The notes beneath the pieces were generated by a model that saw only the letters and a program-made list of their open reading frames with translations, did not search any database and had not been told where the DNA came from. Shown here piece after piece: positions 27,890 through 37,288 of a DNA stretch of 48,589 nt. Within the stretch, counting starts at the first letter, position 1. Each line of letters opens with the position of its first letter. Source of the stretch: a virus. The stretch is from IMG/VR virus record IMGVR_UViG_3300027987_000509, one strand, 5' to 3'. Both the position numbers and the translations under genes were made by a program.

Positions 27890-28501
27890 ATGCCAAGCAA
27901 AATCATTCTATTCGATCTTGATGGTACTCTCGCCAACTATGATGAGGCTTTGCTTCGCGACCTGAAAGCGATGGAATCGCCGGGAGAAGCCGGACTCATC
28001 GAGAAATACGGCATCCACGAAGATGGCCCAGCGTGGCTTTGTCATCGCATCAAGCTGATCAGAAAGCAGCCTGGATGGTGGCGTGATTTGGACCGTCTCA
28101 AGATCGGCTTTGAGTTACTTGATGAAGCCATTGATATCGGGTTTGAGGTCCATGTTCTGACAAAAGGCCCAAAGAAATCGTCAAATGCTTGGACCGAGAA
28201 ATTCGAATGGTGCCAAGAACATTTACCAGCGGCGGTAAATGTCACAGTTACCCGTGACAAAAGCACGACCTACGGGTTGGCTCTCGTTGACGATTACAAG
28301 CCGTTCCTGCAGGGTTGGCTCGATCATCGATCTCGGGGATATGGGATTCAACCAGTGAACCCTGGGACGAAACTTACTGATTGGCACCCACGAGTTGTGC
28401 AGTACGACGGCACGGCAGTCCAGATGTCACGGGCACGCCGGGTAATGAGAGCTGTCTACAGCCGAGAACCGGGTGAAGAGGCCGTACTTGCCACAGGATG
28501 A
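27890..28501 (+). CDS. HAD-family 5'(3')-deoxyribonucleotidase-like protein
   Basis: FDLDGTLA, LT, AWTEKFEW, DK, LVDD. Confidence 0.8.
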   Translation: MPSKIILFDLDGTLANYDEALLRDLKAMESPGEAGLIEKYGIHEDGPAWLCHRIKLIRKQPGWWRDLDRLKIGFELLDEAIDIGFEVHVLTKGPKKSSNAWTEKFEWCQEHLPAAVNVTVTRDKSTTYGLALVDDYKPFLQGWLDHRSRGYGIQPVNPGTKLTDWHPRVVQYDGTAVQMSRARRVMRAVYSREPGEEAVLATG

Positions 28502-28832
28502 TGTCGAATTCATAGCGGCGGCGATTCATGACCGCCTATTCGAGATCTTTCCAGATCCGACGCAAGGGGCACACCGTAGTTTCGATTTTGGCTACACTGT
28601 GATAGCCATCCCGAATTGCAAAGTGTTCTACAAGAATGCCCATCTTGAGGCGAGATGCTGGATCTATGGCGAAGGAGTCAAGCCACGCGAATTTCGCTGC
28701 GAATACGCCAATCCCAGATTGATCGAACTGCTTGAGGCGAAATTGCAAGAATGGTTTGAGACGGAGATAACTGTTACGGAACAGTCACATTTCCGGCACC
28801 AACCAGTGCCTCGAACCAATTTCGCAGCGTAG
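28473..28832 (+). CDS. hypothetical protein
   Basis: 119-aa ORF in operon orientation. Confidence 0.5.
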   Translation: MKRPYLPQDDVEFIAAAIHDRLFEIFPDPTQGAHRSFDFGYTVIAIPNCKVFYKNAHLEARCWIYGEGVKPREFRCEYANPRLIELLEAKLQEWFETEITVTEQSHFRHQPVPRTNFAA

Positions 28833-29253
28833 TGATGGAGAACTCGTTGTAGGCTGCGACGGTCGGCGATGCTCCGCCAGCCCCGCTGCTGTTGAGGACA
28901 AATTGTCCTCCGGCTTTCCGGTCATATTGGACCGCGAAATCTTCCCAAGTGTCGTTGATTCTCGCAACGCGTCCTGAGAAGTGCATCGTGGCGTCTTTGA
29001 CCGTCTTGACGGCTCCGCCAGCTGGCGTCAGTGTGAGTGTTCCACTGACGAGGGCCAGCATGTTTTCGAGCCAGTTATTCCCGGCCTGGACTTCGACGAT
29101 GGCCTGGTTGCTGGAATTTGGAGTATCACCAACTCCGGCGTTCACGGAGATGTTGCCGCGTTCGTCGATGTGGGCAGCAAATTGGTCGTGTGTGTCATCG
29201 TCATAAGCGATGATACCAGAAAATCTACCGACGAATCGCAGTTCAGTGCTCAT
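28774..29253 (-). CDS. probable virion protein with internal duplication
   Basis: Two copies of F.GR.......DT.(D/E).FA; GGAG SD; AAAAATAC motif upstream. Confidence 0.65.
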   Translation of the reverse strand: MSTELRFVGRFSGIIAYDDDTHDQFAAHIDERGNISVNAGVGDTPNSSNQAIVEVQAGNNWLENMLALVSGTLTLTPAGGAVKTVKDATMHFSGRVARINDTWEDFAVQYDRKAGGQFVLNSSGAGGASPTVAAYNEFSITTLRNWFEALVGAGNVTVP

Positions 29254-29411
29254 GACAAGTCTCCGTTAAAGCTCGGCTTGTATAGTATTTTTGATCAGCC
29301 TGAGAGTATTGAAAATGGACGAATACGATCGGCCTACACGAATCGCAGTATATTTGTTTGTGCTGGGTGCCCTGGTCTTCGGTGAACTTGCAGCACGCGT
29401 CGTGTATTCCT

Positions 29412-29480
29412 GGCTCGGATGGTAAAGCATCGGCCGGGAGTGTCCCGCTGGGGCGTGCCCAGTCATGGTGGCCTCTGGCC
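29412..29480 (+). repeat. solo pentamer/hairpin unit
   Basis: GGCTC GGATG GTAAA GCATC GGCCG GGAGT GTCCC GCTGG GGCGT GCCCA GTCAT GGT, then GGCC-TCT-GGCC; every pentamer starts with G. Confidence 0.7.
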
Positions 29481-29494
29481 AAGGTAGATAGCGA

Positions 29495-29752
29495 ATGGAC
29501 GACGTATTGGTAAAAAGACGGCTGATGGCCAGAACAGCCGAAGTGATGGGCCGTCAGTACGACAGAGAATTCCAATCTTGGGTCATCAATCTGATACACG
29601 ACCCACAATTCCAACGTCGGAACAAGCAACACGACTGGCGAAATTACATCGACAGTGAAGTCCAGCTCATCTGGAATCATTTGCCAGAATCGTCACGGCT
29701 TGCCCTGGTCATCAATGCTGAAACTCAAGCCGGGAAAGAAGAATGGGAATAA
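29495..29752 (+). CDS. hypothetical protein
   Basis: 85 aa; overlaps the start of the next gene. Confidence 0.6.
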   Translation: MDDVLVKRRLMARTAEVMGRQYDREFQSWVINLIHDPQFQRRNKQHDWRNYIDSEVQLIWNHLPESSRLALVINAETQAGKEEWE

Positions 29753-30300
29753 TCGCAATCGCAATCATATTGCTGGTTCCCACAGTCTGCTTTTCACAAG
29801 AGTTACACGAACATCCGACAATCGTCCGGATGCATCACGTCAATAACTCGATTCGCCAAAGATTTAGTCTGCCGACGCAGAGCCTGTCGCCACGGCTCAC
29901 CAGAGCGGCCCAGTACCAAGCTGAGTACATGGCCAAAACTCACGAATTTTCACATTATGTTAACGGCAGCCCTGGCATCCGGGCCGGGAAGTACGGCTAC
30001 GATGGGGTCGTGGTCGAGAATATAGCCCGCTCCTATTTCAGCGTTGAGGAGACTTTTTACGCCTGGGTCGACAGTCCTGAGCACTGGCACGCCTTATCAG
30101 GTTCTGATGCCGAAGTTGGCTATGGGTATTCGATCGCAGCTGACGGAACTACGTATTGGGTTGCTCTGTACGGAACTCCTGGAAACAGGTTGGCATGGAC
30201 AAAAGATTCAGACAACTCGCCAACACCATCCAAAGTGCTAGTAAAGCCCTCAGCGGCTTCGCTTCGGCAGCAAAACGCCTTTCTGCTCATTGGTTTGTGA
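29743..30300 (+). CDS. secreted CAP/SCP-domain protein
   Basis: Signal peptide; N..R....L, L..AAQ..AEYMA...FSH, ENIA, W..SPEH, YWV. Confidence 0.85.
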   Translation: MGIIAIAIILLVPTVCFSQELHEHPTIVRMHHVNNSIRQRFSLPTQSLSPRLTRAAQYQAEYMAKTHEFSHYVNGSPGIRAGKYGYDGVVVENIARSYFSVEETFYAWVDSPEHWHALSGSDAEVGYGYSIAADGTTYWVALYGTPGNRLAWTKDSDNSPTPSKVLVKPSAASLRQQNAFLLIGL

Positions 30301-31091
30301 GATATCCGTTGCATCCTGTGTATCCCTCCCCTCGTCAGACTCCTGCACCTGACGAGATCATCGGAGGTATCAAGATCTGGCTTAACGAAACGTACCCGCA
30401 GATCCATGTGACTGTTGGGGTCGAACGCATCCGGCCAGTTGCAACATACCCAAATACTGATCTCACCAAGGGCGATCTCAAACTTTCTTTCAATTGCCCT
30501 GACCGCAGCCATCCGAAGCCCCGGCCGACCATTAGGTCAGAGGCTCTGGTCCATTGCTATGCCGAATGCTTGACCATTGGCAGGTTCACCACCGGCTACG
30601 ATGACCCAGATTTCTTTGATAAGATCGCCGGTGTCCTTGATTGGCTTCTCGAGGGCAAGTCTTTGAGCGAATTGTTCTTCGACCCATGGGATGCCTGCGA
30701 AGAACCGCCATATATTCCACCACGAGGTGACGTATTGGAGAAAGTGACACCACGACGAGCCACAACGTCGTGGGTGGTGCCAATAAGATGCCGTGGCCCG
30801 CCTGGTAGCAAGGCGGGGACTCGGCATGACGGCGAACTGCCAATAGGAGTTACGAACCTATTGGTGAGGGGAGCCCGACCGGGAAGCCGCCCGTTCGGCG
30901 AAGCTCTCGGCCACCACTCACGCAAGTGGCCGGGAGCTTGTTTTATGCCTAAGACGCAGTGTGATCGATGTCTTCAAGATGATTGTCGCGGTGATTGTCT
31001 AGCGAGGTTTGGCGATTGGCTTGACCAACTTCTCAAGGCCAAACGAACGAACAGACACGGTTATTCGTGTATTTCGTGCTTGCGGTGTTGA
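30297..31091 (+). CDS. hypothetical ORF; the 3' half may be a structured RNA plus a small Cys-rich gene
   Basis: GTGA coupling at 30297; protein-like up to about 30730. Confidence 0.4.
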   Translation: MRYPLHPVYPSPRQTPAPDEIIGGIKIWLNETYPQIHVTVGVERIRPVATYPNTDLTKGDLKLSFNCPDRSHPKPRPTIRSEALVHCYAECLTIGRFTTGYDDPDFFDKIAGVLDWLLEGKSLSELFFDPWDACEEPPYIPPRGDVLEKVTPRRATTSWVVPIRCRGPPGSKAGTRHDGELPIGVTNLLVRGARPGSRPFGEALGHHSRKWPGACFMPKTQCDRCLQDDCRGDCLARFGDWLDQLLKAKRTNRHGYSCISCLRC

Positions 31092-31614
31092 CACCATCGT
31101 TTTTGGCGGGCGAGTGATTCCACAGACGCGAACTAACTGCTGCCAGTGCGGCAACGAGATTCCGCCAGGAAAACCGGGGCGACGATGCAGGAAATGCAGA
31201 GCGATAACCGCCAAGGAGTTGCGAGGATGATTGAGGCTGCCATTAGCGAGTCAGCATCGGCTGGTTTAGTAGCAATCGCGTTGGCCATCGGATTTTTAAT
31301 CGTGTGTTGTTCAAGATAATAGACACCCCCTAACCGCCGAGAGTTGAGTCGTGTACGAGATGCTTTTCGTCAAGCTACCGCTATTCATACTTGCATGGTT
31401 GGGCTGCTCGGCGTTTGCCGCATTCATTACGTGGATTGCATATAGAAACAAGTGAACCACTAACCGCCGTCGAATTTGCGGCAACTTAGAGGGGATTTGA
31501 GTGATGATAGATCCGTGCTCATCTAATCGGGACGTGGTCCGTACCATTAATAGTGTGGGAGGCGTACACCAGTTCCGATATCTTGAATGAGCGTACCGGA
31601 GCTGTAGAGATGAT

Positions 31615-32076
31615 TCAGGCAGTCGCAGATGCGAGACCAGCCTGCTGATTGACCTCTTGCGGAGGTCCAACTCGATCCTCGATAGGTTCCGGATCTTTGT
31701 ATTCTCCGGACAGGATCTTACGCACGATCTCATCTAGTTTGTTGACAAAGGGACGCCATGCTTTCAGCTGCTTTATCCCTTTGACGATTTTCGGCCAATA
31801 CTTTGCGACTGTCGGGCCGTGCTTGGCGATGAGCTTCGCAATAAAGCTGCTCGACTTCCCAAGGTATTTTGTGCCTTTTCCGAGTGCATCGCCGATTTCA
31901 GGAATCAATGAGATCAAGGAGAGAGCTGAGTTCAGGTATTGCCCTTTCTTGGCATACCATAGAGCGTTTGCAAGGTCAGCTGGTTCACCATAGCCAGGAA
32001 TGAGTCCGGCCACGTCGAGAGCCACATGACCCACGGTATCAATCGCACTATCTTCGGCAATTGCTCTCAATTTCAT
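31615..32076 (-). CDS. protein with a pre-toxin TG-like helical motif
   Basis: H.ALDVAGLIPGYGEPADLANALWY...G.Y..ALS....IP..GD. Confidence 0.65.
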   Translation of the reverse strand: MKLRAIAEDSAIDTVGHVALDVAGLIPGYGEPADLANALWYAKKGQYLNSALSLISLIPEIGDALGKGTKYLGKSSSFIAKLIAKHGPTVAKYWPKIVKGIKQLKAWRPFVNKLDEIVRKILSGEYKDPEPIEDRVGPPQEVNQQAGLASATA

Positions 32077-32115
32077 ACTCTATGTTTTCTCCAAAAATAC
32101 GGCTGGAGAGGAACT

Positions 32116-32676
32116 ATGGACAGAAAACACATCTATCGGCTTGCCTCGTTGATCACCGAAGACGAGTACGAGGGGCTCGAGGACGCTGATGAATTCAAGC
32201 AGCCAGAAGTTCATGGGTATGGCTGCGGTCGTGGATGTTGGGAATACGAGGAATTTCCATTCAATCTGAATGGCCAACACTGGCTCGGGAATGCCACCGT
32301 CGACTACGACGCTCACACCCAATTCTACAAAGGCAGCCGTCCTACAAGGTACGATCCAGGCGAGTCGGATTATCTCGAAGCTTACGTCGAAGGCCACTCC
32401 GTCGAACATTTCGAAATTTTCGACAATAATGGCGAGACGATCGTCAAATGGAACAAAAAAGCTGGCAGAAAATGGGGCCATAAATGGAACGCTGGCCGTA
32501 AAGTCGAGCAGGAGATAGTGTGGCCAGCTGGGTTTGAGCAAGGTCAACTGACAGACGAGCAACTAGAAAACGTATTGTCACAGATAAGCCAGCAGTTCCA
32601 ACAGGATGAAGACAGAGTCATCGAGTACATTCAGGAGAATTATGACGAGGGTCACGATTATGGAGGAAGTTGGTGA
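32116..32676 (+). CDS. hypothetical acidic protein
   Basis: GAGGA SD and AAAAATAC motif upstream. Confidence 0.7.
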   Translation: MDRKHIYRLASLITEDEYEGLEDADEFKQPEVHGYGCGRGCWEYEEFPFNLNGQHWLGNATVDYDAHTQFYKGSRPTRYDPGESDYLEAYVEGHSVEHFEIFDNNGETIVKWNKKAGRKWGHKWNAGRKVEQEIVWPAGFEQGQLTDEQLENVLSQISQQFQQDEDRVIEYIQENYDEGHDYGGSW

Positions 32677-32872
32677 TCTTGATCGCAAGGAAGGTGACCC
32701 GACTCCAGAGGACATCAAGCTGCAGACAGAGCTGATCAGAGAAGACTGGTCAGACGCTAAGCACGAATCCCGTTGGCAGCTACAACAGCGGGTTGAATGG
32801 GTCCTACCAACCACGTCGGCTTGGAACGTCGAACAGGCCGAAAGAGTGTCTGAGGTAAAGGATCGAAACTAG
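32660..32872 (+). CDS. hypothetical protein
   Basis: 70 aa, overlaps the previous stop. Confidence 0.5.
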   Translation: MEEVGDLDRKEGDPTPEDIKLQTELIREDWSDAKHESRWQLQQRVEWVLPTTSAWNVEQAERVSEVKDRN

Positions 32873-33015
32873 GTTTCCACCCTGGAAATCGTTTGCATGG
32901 AATTATCGAGGAATATTGCACGTATTTGATTCCTCGAACGGGATATTCCTCCTCTGGCAAGGGTCAAAGCGAGCGAATCCCACCACTGTGATCGGTCAAT
33001 CCAAGGAGACCGCAA

Positions 33016-33855
33016 ATGTCTGACTCTTTCGTGCCCAAAAGCTATGCTTTCAAGTTCACGGGCACCACGGCGATGCTGATGCACGCCGACGACGTCGAAG
33101 CCGCCGACCGCCTGCAAGCCTGGCGGAAGGACCCGAGTAACAACGAACTGTCTGTCCCCGGCGACGATCGGTCGCCACCGTGGACATGGCGGACCTACCT
33201 CTACGCCGGAGAGATCGATGGCGTTCGGCAGGTCGTGATTCCGTCCTCGAACGTGATGGCCGCCCTCCGCTACGCTGGCTCCCAGATGACCTTGAAGGGC
33301 AACAAGACCTTCAAGAAGCTGTCGCAGTCCGGCATCGCCATCCTCGACGAGTTCTGTGCCCTCAAAGTCGGCCTCGGCCCCATCGAACACGCTCCCGTGA
33401 TCGACGCCGAATACGCCCGGCTGGCCGGACTCATGCCGAACGAAGGCGAGAGCTACGAAGCCCTCGCCGCCCGCCATGCCGCTGAGCTTGGCGTCGACGT
33501 CGGCAAGCCCCATCCCGGATTCGGACTGCGTCCGATCCTCGCATCGGACATCGATGCGATTCCGGAGATGATGAAGTACCGAGACCAAGTGACGCAGTGT
33601 CGCAAGCTCGGCTTCAACCTCTACGCCAAGCGTGCCCCGGTCGGCAAGTCCAAGCACGTCCGCTGCCGTCCTCGCTTCGAGGTCTGGGAAGTCACCGGGA
33701 CTCTCAAGGTCACGCAGGAAGCGATCGACGACAAGATCCTCACCACGATGCTCAACATCGCTGGCGAGCAGTCCGGCCTGGGTGACTGGCGTCCCTCAAG
33801 CCCGCTGTCTCCTGGACCTTTCGGTCAGTTCACCGTCGATCTGAAAGCCGTCTGA
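33016..33855 (+). CDS. stand-alone Cas7/RAMP-like protein, candidate effector for the pentamer array
   Basis: N-terminal strand FKFTGTTAMLMH; VIPSSNV (IPxSS-like); R.RPRF..W; C-terminal Gly-rich loop GLGDWRP...GPFGQF; AAGGAG SD; strong C-ending codon bias. Confidence 0.75.
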   Translation: MSDSFVPKSYAFKFTGTTAMLMHADDVEAADRLQAWRKDPSNNELSVPGDDRSPPWTWRTYLYAGEIDGVRQVVIPSSNVMAALRYAGSQMTLKGNKTFKKLSQSGIAILDEFCALKVGLGPIEHAPVIDAEYARLAGLMPNEGESYEALAARHAAELGVDVGKPHPGFGLRPILASDIDAIPEMMKYRDQVTQCRKLGFNLYAKRAPVGKSKHVRCRPRFEVWEVTGTLKVTQEAIDDKILTTMLNIAGEQSGLGDWRPSSPLSPGPFGQFTVDLKAV

Positions 33856-33876
33856 TCGGCAACAGTCGCGATTCCA

Positions 33877-33911
33877 ACAAGGGCCGGGGGTCAATAGCCT
33901 CCGGCCCTTGT
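33877..33911 (+). terminator. stem-loop terminator after the RAMP-like gene
   Basis: ACAAGGGCCGGGGGT...GCCTCCGGCCCTTGT inverted repeat. Confidence 0.75.
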
Positions 33912-33962
33912 CGTATTTAACCACCATCACTGGCTGGCAACAGATTGGCGGAGGAAAGACCT

Positions 33963-34265
33963 ATGACCAGAAAAGATCGCATCGTTCGCCAAATCCTCGA
34001 CCAACTCAAGTGGATCGAGCAATGCGGTGGAACTCTGCTTGGCTACATCGCCAAGTACGGCGATCCTGGCGTCCCTCCGCTCGACGAGAACGGTCAGCCG
34101 AAGATTCTAACTCTCGGCCCGAATCAAGCCCATCTACGGCCTTGTTTTGTCCCGGTCCCCGGCACAACGGACCGCTTCTATCATCCCCATTCTGGCAATG
34201 GCGGCACTGCGATCTATCGTGCTGACATGGCTGAGTTGCACAAACTGGAGACTCAGCTACGATGA
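33963..34265 (+). CDS. hypothetical protein
   Basis: GGAGG SD; ATGA coupling to the next gene. Confidence 0.65.
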   Translation: MTRKDRIVRQILDQLKWIEQCGGTLLGYIAKYGDPGVPPLDENGQPKILTLGPNQAHLRPCFVPVPGTTDRFYHPHSGNGGTAIYRADMAELHKLETQLR

Positions 34266-34696
34266 AGGAACAGGACACAAAGTATCTGACGATCCGGAAG
34301 CAAGAACTAAAGTTTCGAGAGGGTGGTTCCGATCAGTTCCAACCGGCAGGCGATTACAAATCCGCCTTGCAGCAGTACCTCAACGATCCAAGCGATGACC
34401 CGATTGATGTTCAATCCGTCTCGATCGTCGTCGTTACGCAAGAATCTAAGAAATTCTTCGAATGTCAGCTGATGCATGACAACATCGTCGTGCCTGACGC
34501 ACAGTGCATGTTCTACATCCGCATCGTCTATCCGTGGCACATCAAGTCTGGTGCACGAGACGCCGACGAGATTCTCACGGACGGAGAACGCTTCTACCTC
34601 GTAACTCGTAACCTTGCGAAGACGCCGTTCAAACTGAACGACTACAGCAGGGATAAACTGAACGCTGCCATCACAAAATTCGTGGAGACAATCTGA
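34262..34696 (+). CDS. hypothetical protein
   Basis: Coupled ORF, 144 aa. Confidence 0.7.
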   Translation: MKEQDTKYLTIRKQELKFREGGSDQFQPAGDYKSALQQYLNDPSDDPIDVQSVSIVVVTQESKKFFECQLMHDNIVVPDAQCMFYIRIVYPWHIKSGARDADEILTDGERFYLVTRNLAKTPFKLNDYSRDKLNAAITKFVETI

Positions 34697-35136
34697 TGCC
34701 AAAGCTCTGTGTTCCGTCAGTCGGCGACAAGATTCGTTTGACGCGTGAGTGGGAATTCCCACTCCATTTCGAACATCGCAACAGTTCACTGATCCACCGG
34801 ATTCGCCCCGGTTTGGAATTCGGTTGGCGTGACAAAGGGTCGATTATCGCGACTCTGGAGAAAGGCACGGTCCTTCGCGTCGATCGCATCTACATTCGCA
34901 AAGGCAAAGGCGAATGGGACAGCATCACGTTCATCATCAACGAGGCTCCGAAAGACGACAAGCGAGCCAAGGCGACCAAGCAGCCGTCGCGGTGGAACAC
35001 ACAGGCGAACGCCAACGGGACGGAAGACAAAGGCCAACAGCCCGAACAGAAGTACAAAGGTGCTCGGTTCTGGGCCAAGCTGGACGACGTCAACGAGATC
35101 TACTTCGAGAAGGTCGAGGAACCAGTCGAGGCATGA
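34696..35136 (+). CDS. conserved-looking phage hypothetical protein
   Basis: GD.IRL..EW.F.L..E.RN...GT.L.VDRIYIRKG...DSITF...RFWAKL.DVN pattern; coupled. Confidence 0.75.
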   Translation: MPKLCVPSVGDKIRLTREWEFPLHFEHRNSSLIHRIRPGLEFGWRDKGSIIATLEKGTVLRVDRIYIRKGKGEWDSITFIINEAPKDDKRAKATKQPSRWNTQANANGTEDKGQQPEQKYKGARFWAKLDDVNEIYFEKVEEPVEA

Positions 35137-35429
35137 AGTTCTTTCAGCGAAACAGACAGGTGATTTTCAAGCAGCGGACCGCACGGCATCTTGCTGTGCG
35201 GTCTAATCTTGCGTGGGAATACGAAATGGGGAACGTAATCACTTGCGATCCCCACAAGAAAATCGTAGTTGTCTGTTGGTTGCAAGGACACCACAGCAGG
35301 ACCGACGACGTCCCGTATGCCGACATTGTTGCCGTGAACGATAACCGCTGCCGCATGCACCAAATCGGTGGATGGAAGGGGCGGAGCCGATTACTTCAAG
35401 AGATCGTAGAGGAAGGCCATGAAGGTTGA
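35133..35429 (+). CDS. hypothetical protein
   Basis: ATGA coupling at 35133. Confidence 0.6.
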   Translation: MKFFQRNRQVIFKQRTARHLAVRSNLAWEYEMGNVITCDPHKKIVVVCWLQGHHSRTDDVPYADIVAVNDNRCRMHQIGGWKGRSRLLQEIVEEGHEG

Positions 35430-35757
35430 ACTGACGCAGGAAGAACAATCGGAATTCACCCCGATCAACCGTGCCGCCCTTGACTTACTTCTGCAGAAGC
35501 AGCGAGAAGGCGGTTCGATCAACCCGTGTTGGCTGTGTATGTCCGAAGATGCCCGCCAGAAGGCTCGGGAAGACCTCATCTCGTACTTGAATGAGCAAAA
35601 GCGGCCCATCGTGCCTATGACAATCGAGACCGCGACGAAGGCCATCGAGAGGCTCCCGAACATGCAGGAAGCGATTGATGGCTGGAAGCGGGCCGAACTC
35701 TCACTCAAGAAAGAAAGGGAAGCGGGCAACCCACGAGCCTACTTCATGGAAGTATGA
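35419..35757 (+). CDS. hypothetical protein
   Basis: GAGG SD; coupled. Confidence 0.65.
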   Translation: MKVELTQEEQSEFTPINRAALDLLLQKQREGGSINPCWLCMSEDARQKAREDLISYLNEQKRPIVPMTIETATKAIERLPNMQEAIDGWKRAELSLKKEREAGNPRAYFMEV

Positions 35758-35972
35758 GATTATTCCGCGACTTCTGGCGTTGGCTGGTGAAACAATGCGA
35801 CAAGCTTGAAACCAGCCCTGGACTGGTGCGTACAGGGCATTGGCGTGTCAGGTACTCAGATGGCCAGTACGCCCGCAAATCCACTTACGACGTCGCTTGT
35901 GACTATGCCGATATGTTCGGCGGCGAGGTCGTCTACACCCGATTTCACGATCCCTACCAACGAGAAAAATAA
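35754..35972 (+). CDS. hypothetical protein
   Basis: Coupled on both sides. Confidence 0.6.
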   Translation: MRLFRDFWRWLVKQCDKLETSPGLVRTGHWRVRYSDGQYARKSTYDVACDYADMFGGEVVYTRFHDPYQREK

Positions 35973-36193
35973 TGGCCCTACCAGCATCGCGTTCGCCGGA
36001 TGAATTGGCGGAAATGACAGACGAGCAGTTACAGAAGTATTTCGAAGATCATGCGAGATACTTCCGCGAAAATCCGCCAGATTCTCAATACGCTATCCGA
36101 CTTGGGGCCAGTTCATTGTTCAGCCATGACACACTCGACCTTCGCGAACAATTCATCGCAACAGTCAGAGACTATGCTGCCTCTGAGCGATGA
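35972..36193 (+). CDS. hypothetical protein
   Basis: TAATG coupling. Confidence 0.6.
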   Translation: MALPASRSPDELAEMTDEQLQKYFEDHARYFRENPPDSQYAIRLGASSLFSHDTLDLREQFIATVRDYAASER

Positions 36194-36716
36194 AGTCCTA
36201 GCAGTGCGTGTCCACTTTGAGTTTCTCCGGAAACGCAATCGTGGGCTGGTCACTATCCTGTGTATGTCGGACTCGATCGTCGCCGGAATCGGCAAAGTTG
36301 GCTTCATGGAAGTCAAGTTTCTCTACGATCGTATCAAGATTTCGGCGGCGATGCCGATCTTGCCGTCGAATCCGAGCGATTCGTCTGCCTACTGCATCAA
36401 GCTGCACAAGCACAGAAAAAAGACGAGTATCGCAAGAGAAGAGTTGGTGCAAGGGCTCGCGGAAACAAACGGGAAGCTTGGGCCACGGCATCTGCATGAT
36501 CATCATGTCTCGCAGATTGGCTTCGAGTATGCCAGACCTTATAGTCTCCATGCCGCTGAATACTTTGCCAACAAGATCATATCGGTAGTTCGCCGTAAGG
36601 TATATCGGGTAGGGCATAACGTATTGTTGAAAGACCCGGCGGATAAAACGGACCTTATTGCCCTTGTAACAGCGGAATGGGAAGCCAATCAACCACGTTT
36701 CTTGAGGAAGCTCTAA
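36174..36716 (+). CDS. hypothetical protein
   Basis: Start chosen at MLPLSDEV to limit overlap. Confidence 0.55.
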   Translation: MLPLSDEVLAVRVHFEFLRKRNRGLVTILCMSDSIVAGIGKVGFMEVKFLYDRIKISAAMPILPSNPSDSSAYCIKLHKHRKKTSIAREELVQGLAETNGKLGPRHLHDHHVSQIGFEYARPYSLHAAEYFANKIISVVRRKVYRVGHNVLLKDPADKTDLIALVTAEWEANQPRFLRKL

Positions 36717-37288
36717 TGTGCGAAACCACTGAACTGACTGTTGCTGACGCCAAATCGACTCCGGAGCGAACCCGGTTCCAGCTGTATCACATTCCGACCG
36801 GCGAAAGCACGGCGGTTGTCGAGCTTGACGAAGCGTTGCTCGGCGATCCGAAGTTCATCGATCCTGAGCGGATGACGTTCCCGAACATTCCCCACGGCGG
36901 CCAATACACGTTGATCCCGCTGGAGGACCCGACCGTGGTCATTCTGTCGCGGGTGATGGACGTCCACAGGCGAATCACCACCACTCCGTGCCAGCTTCCG
37001 TCACAGATGATGCATCGGATGGATGAACTGGTGCAGATCGTCGGCCTCATGTTCGGTGAGGTTGAGGCATACCTCGTCGAGAATGTCGAAGACATCGGCA
37101 AGCTGACCCAAACGAACATCGCGGAAGACCACAAAAGGCCACCAATCATCAAGCGGACTATTCTCGGCAATCTCCTGGATGAGGTCAAGGCGAAGCTGGC
37201 CGAGACTGAGGGAACAGCCGGGACGCCCGAGACGTCTGACAAGCCGGAAGAGGCTGCGGAAGACGACGACGATGTTCAAGGAAGTTAG
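36716..37288 (+). CDS. hypothetical protein
   Basis: TAATG coupling; acidic tail. Confidence 0.7.
   Translation: MCETTELTVADAKSTPERTRFQLYHIPTGESTAVVELDEALLGDPKFIDPERMTFPNIPHGGQYTLIPLEDPTVVILSRVMDVHRRITTTPCQLPSQMMHRMDELVQIVGLMFGEVEAYLVENVEDIGKLTQTNIAEDHKRPPIIKRTILGNLLDEVKAKLAETEGTAGTPETSDKPEEAAEDDDDVQGS

Noticed and set aside
31513-31600. 6S RNA-like long hairpin
   Set aside because: Some pairing exists (TGCTCAT/ATGAGCG, ATCGGGA/TTCCGAT) but it is too short and irregular to call
32869-33657. 262-aa antisense ORF opposite the RAMP-like gene, and similar antisense ORFs at 38046 and 21625-22161
   Set aside because: These are shadows of strongly codon-biased sense genes and have no motifs of their own
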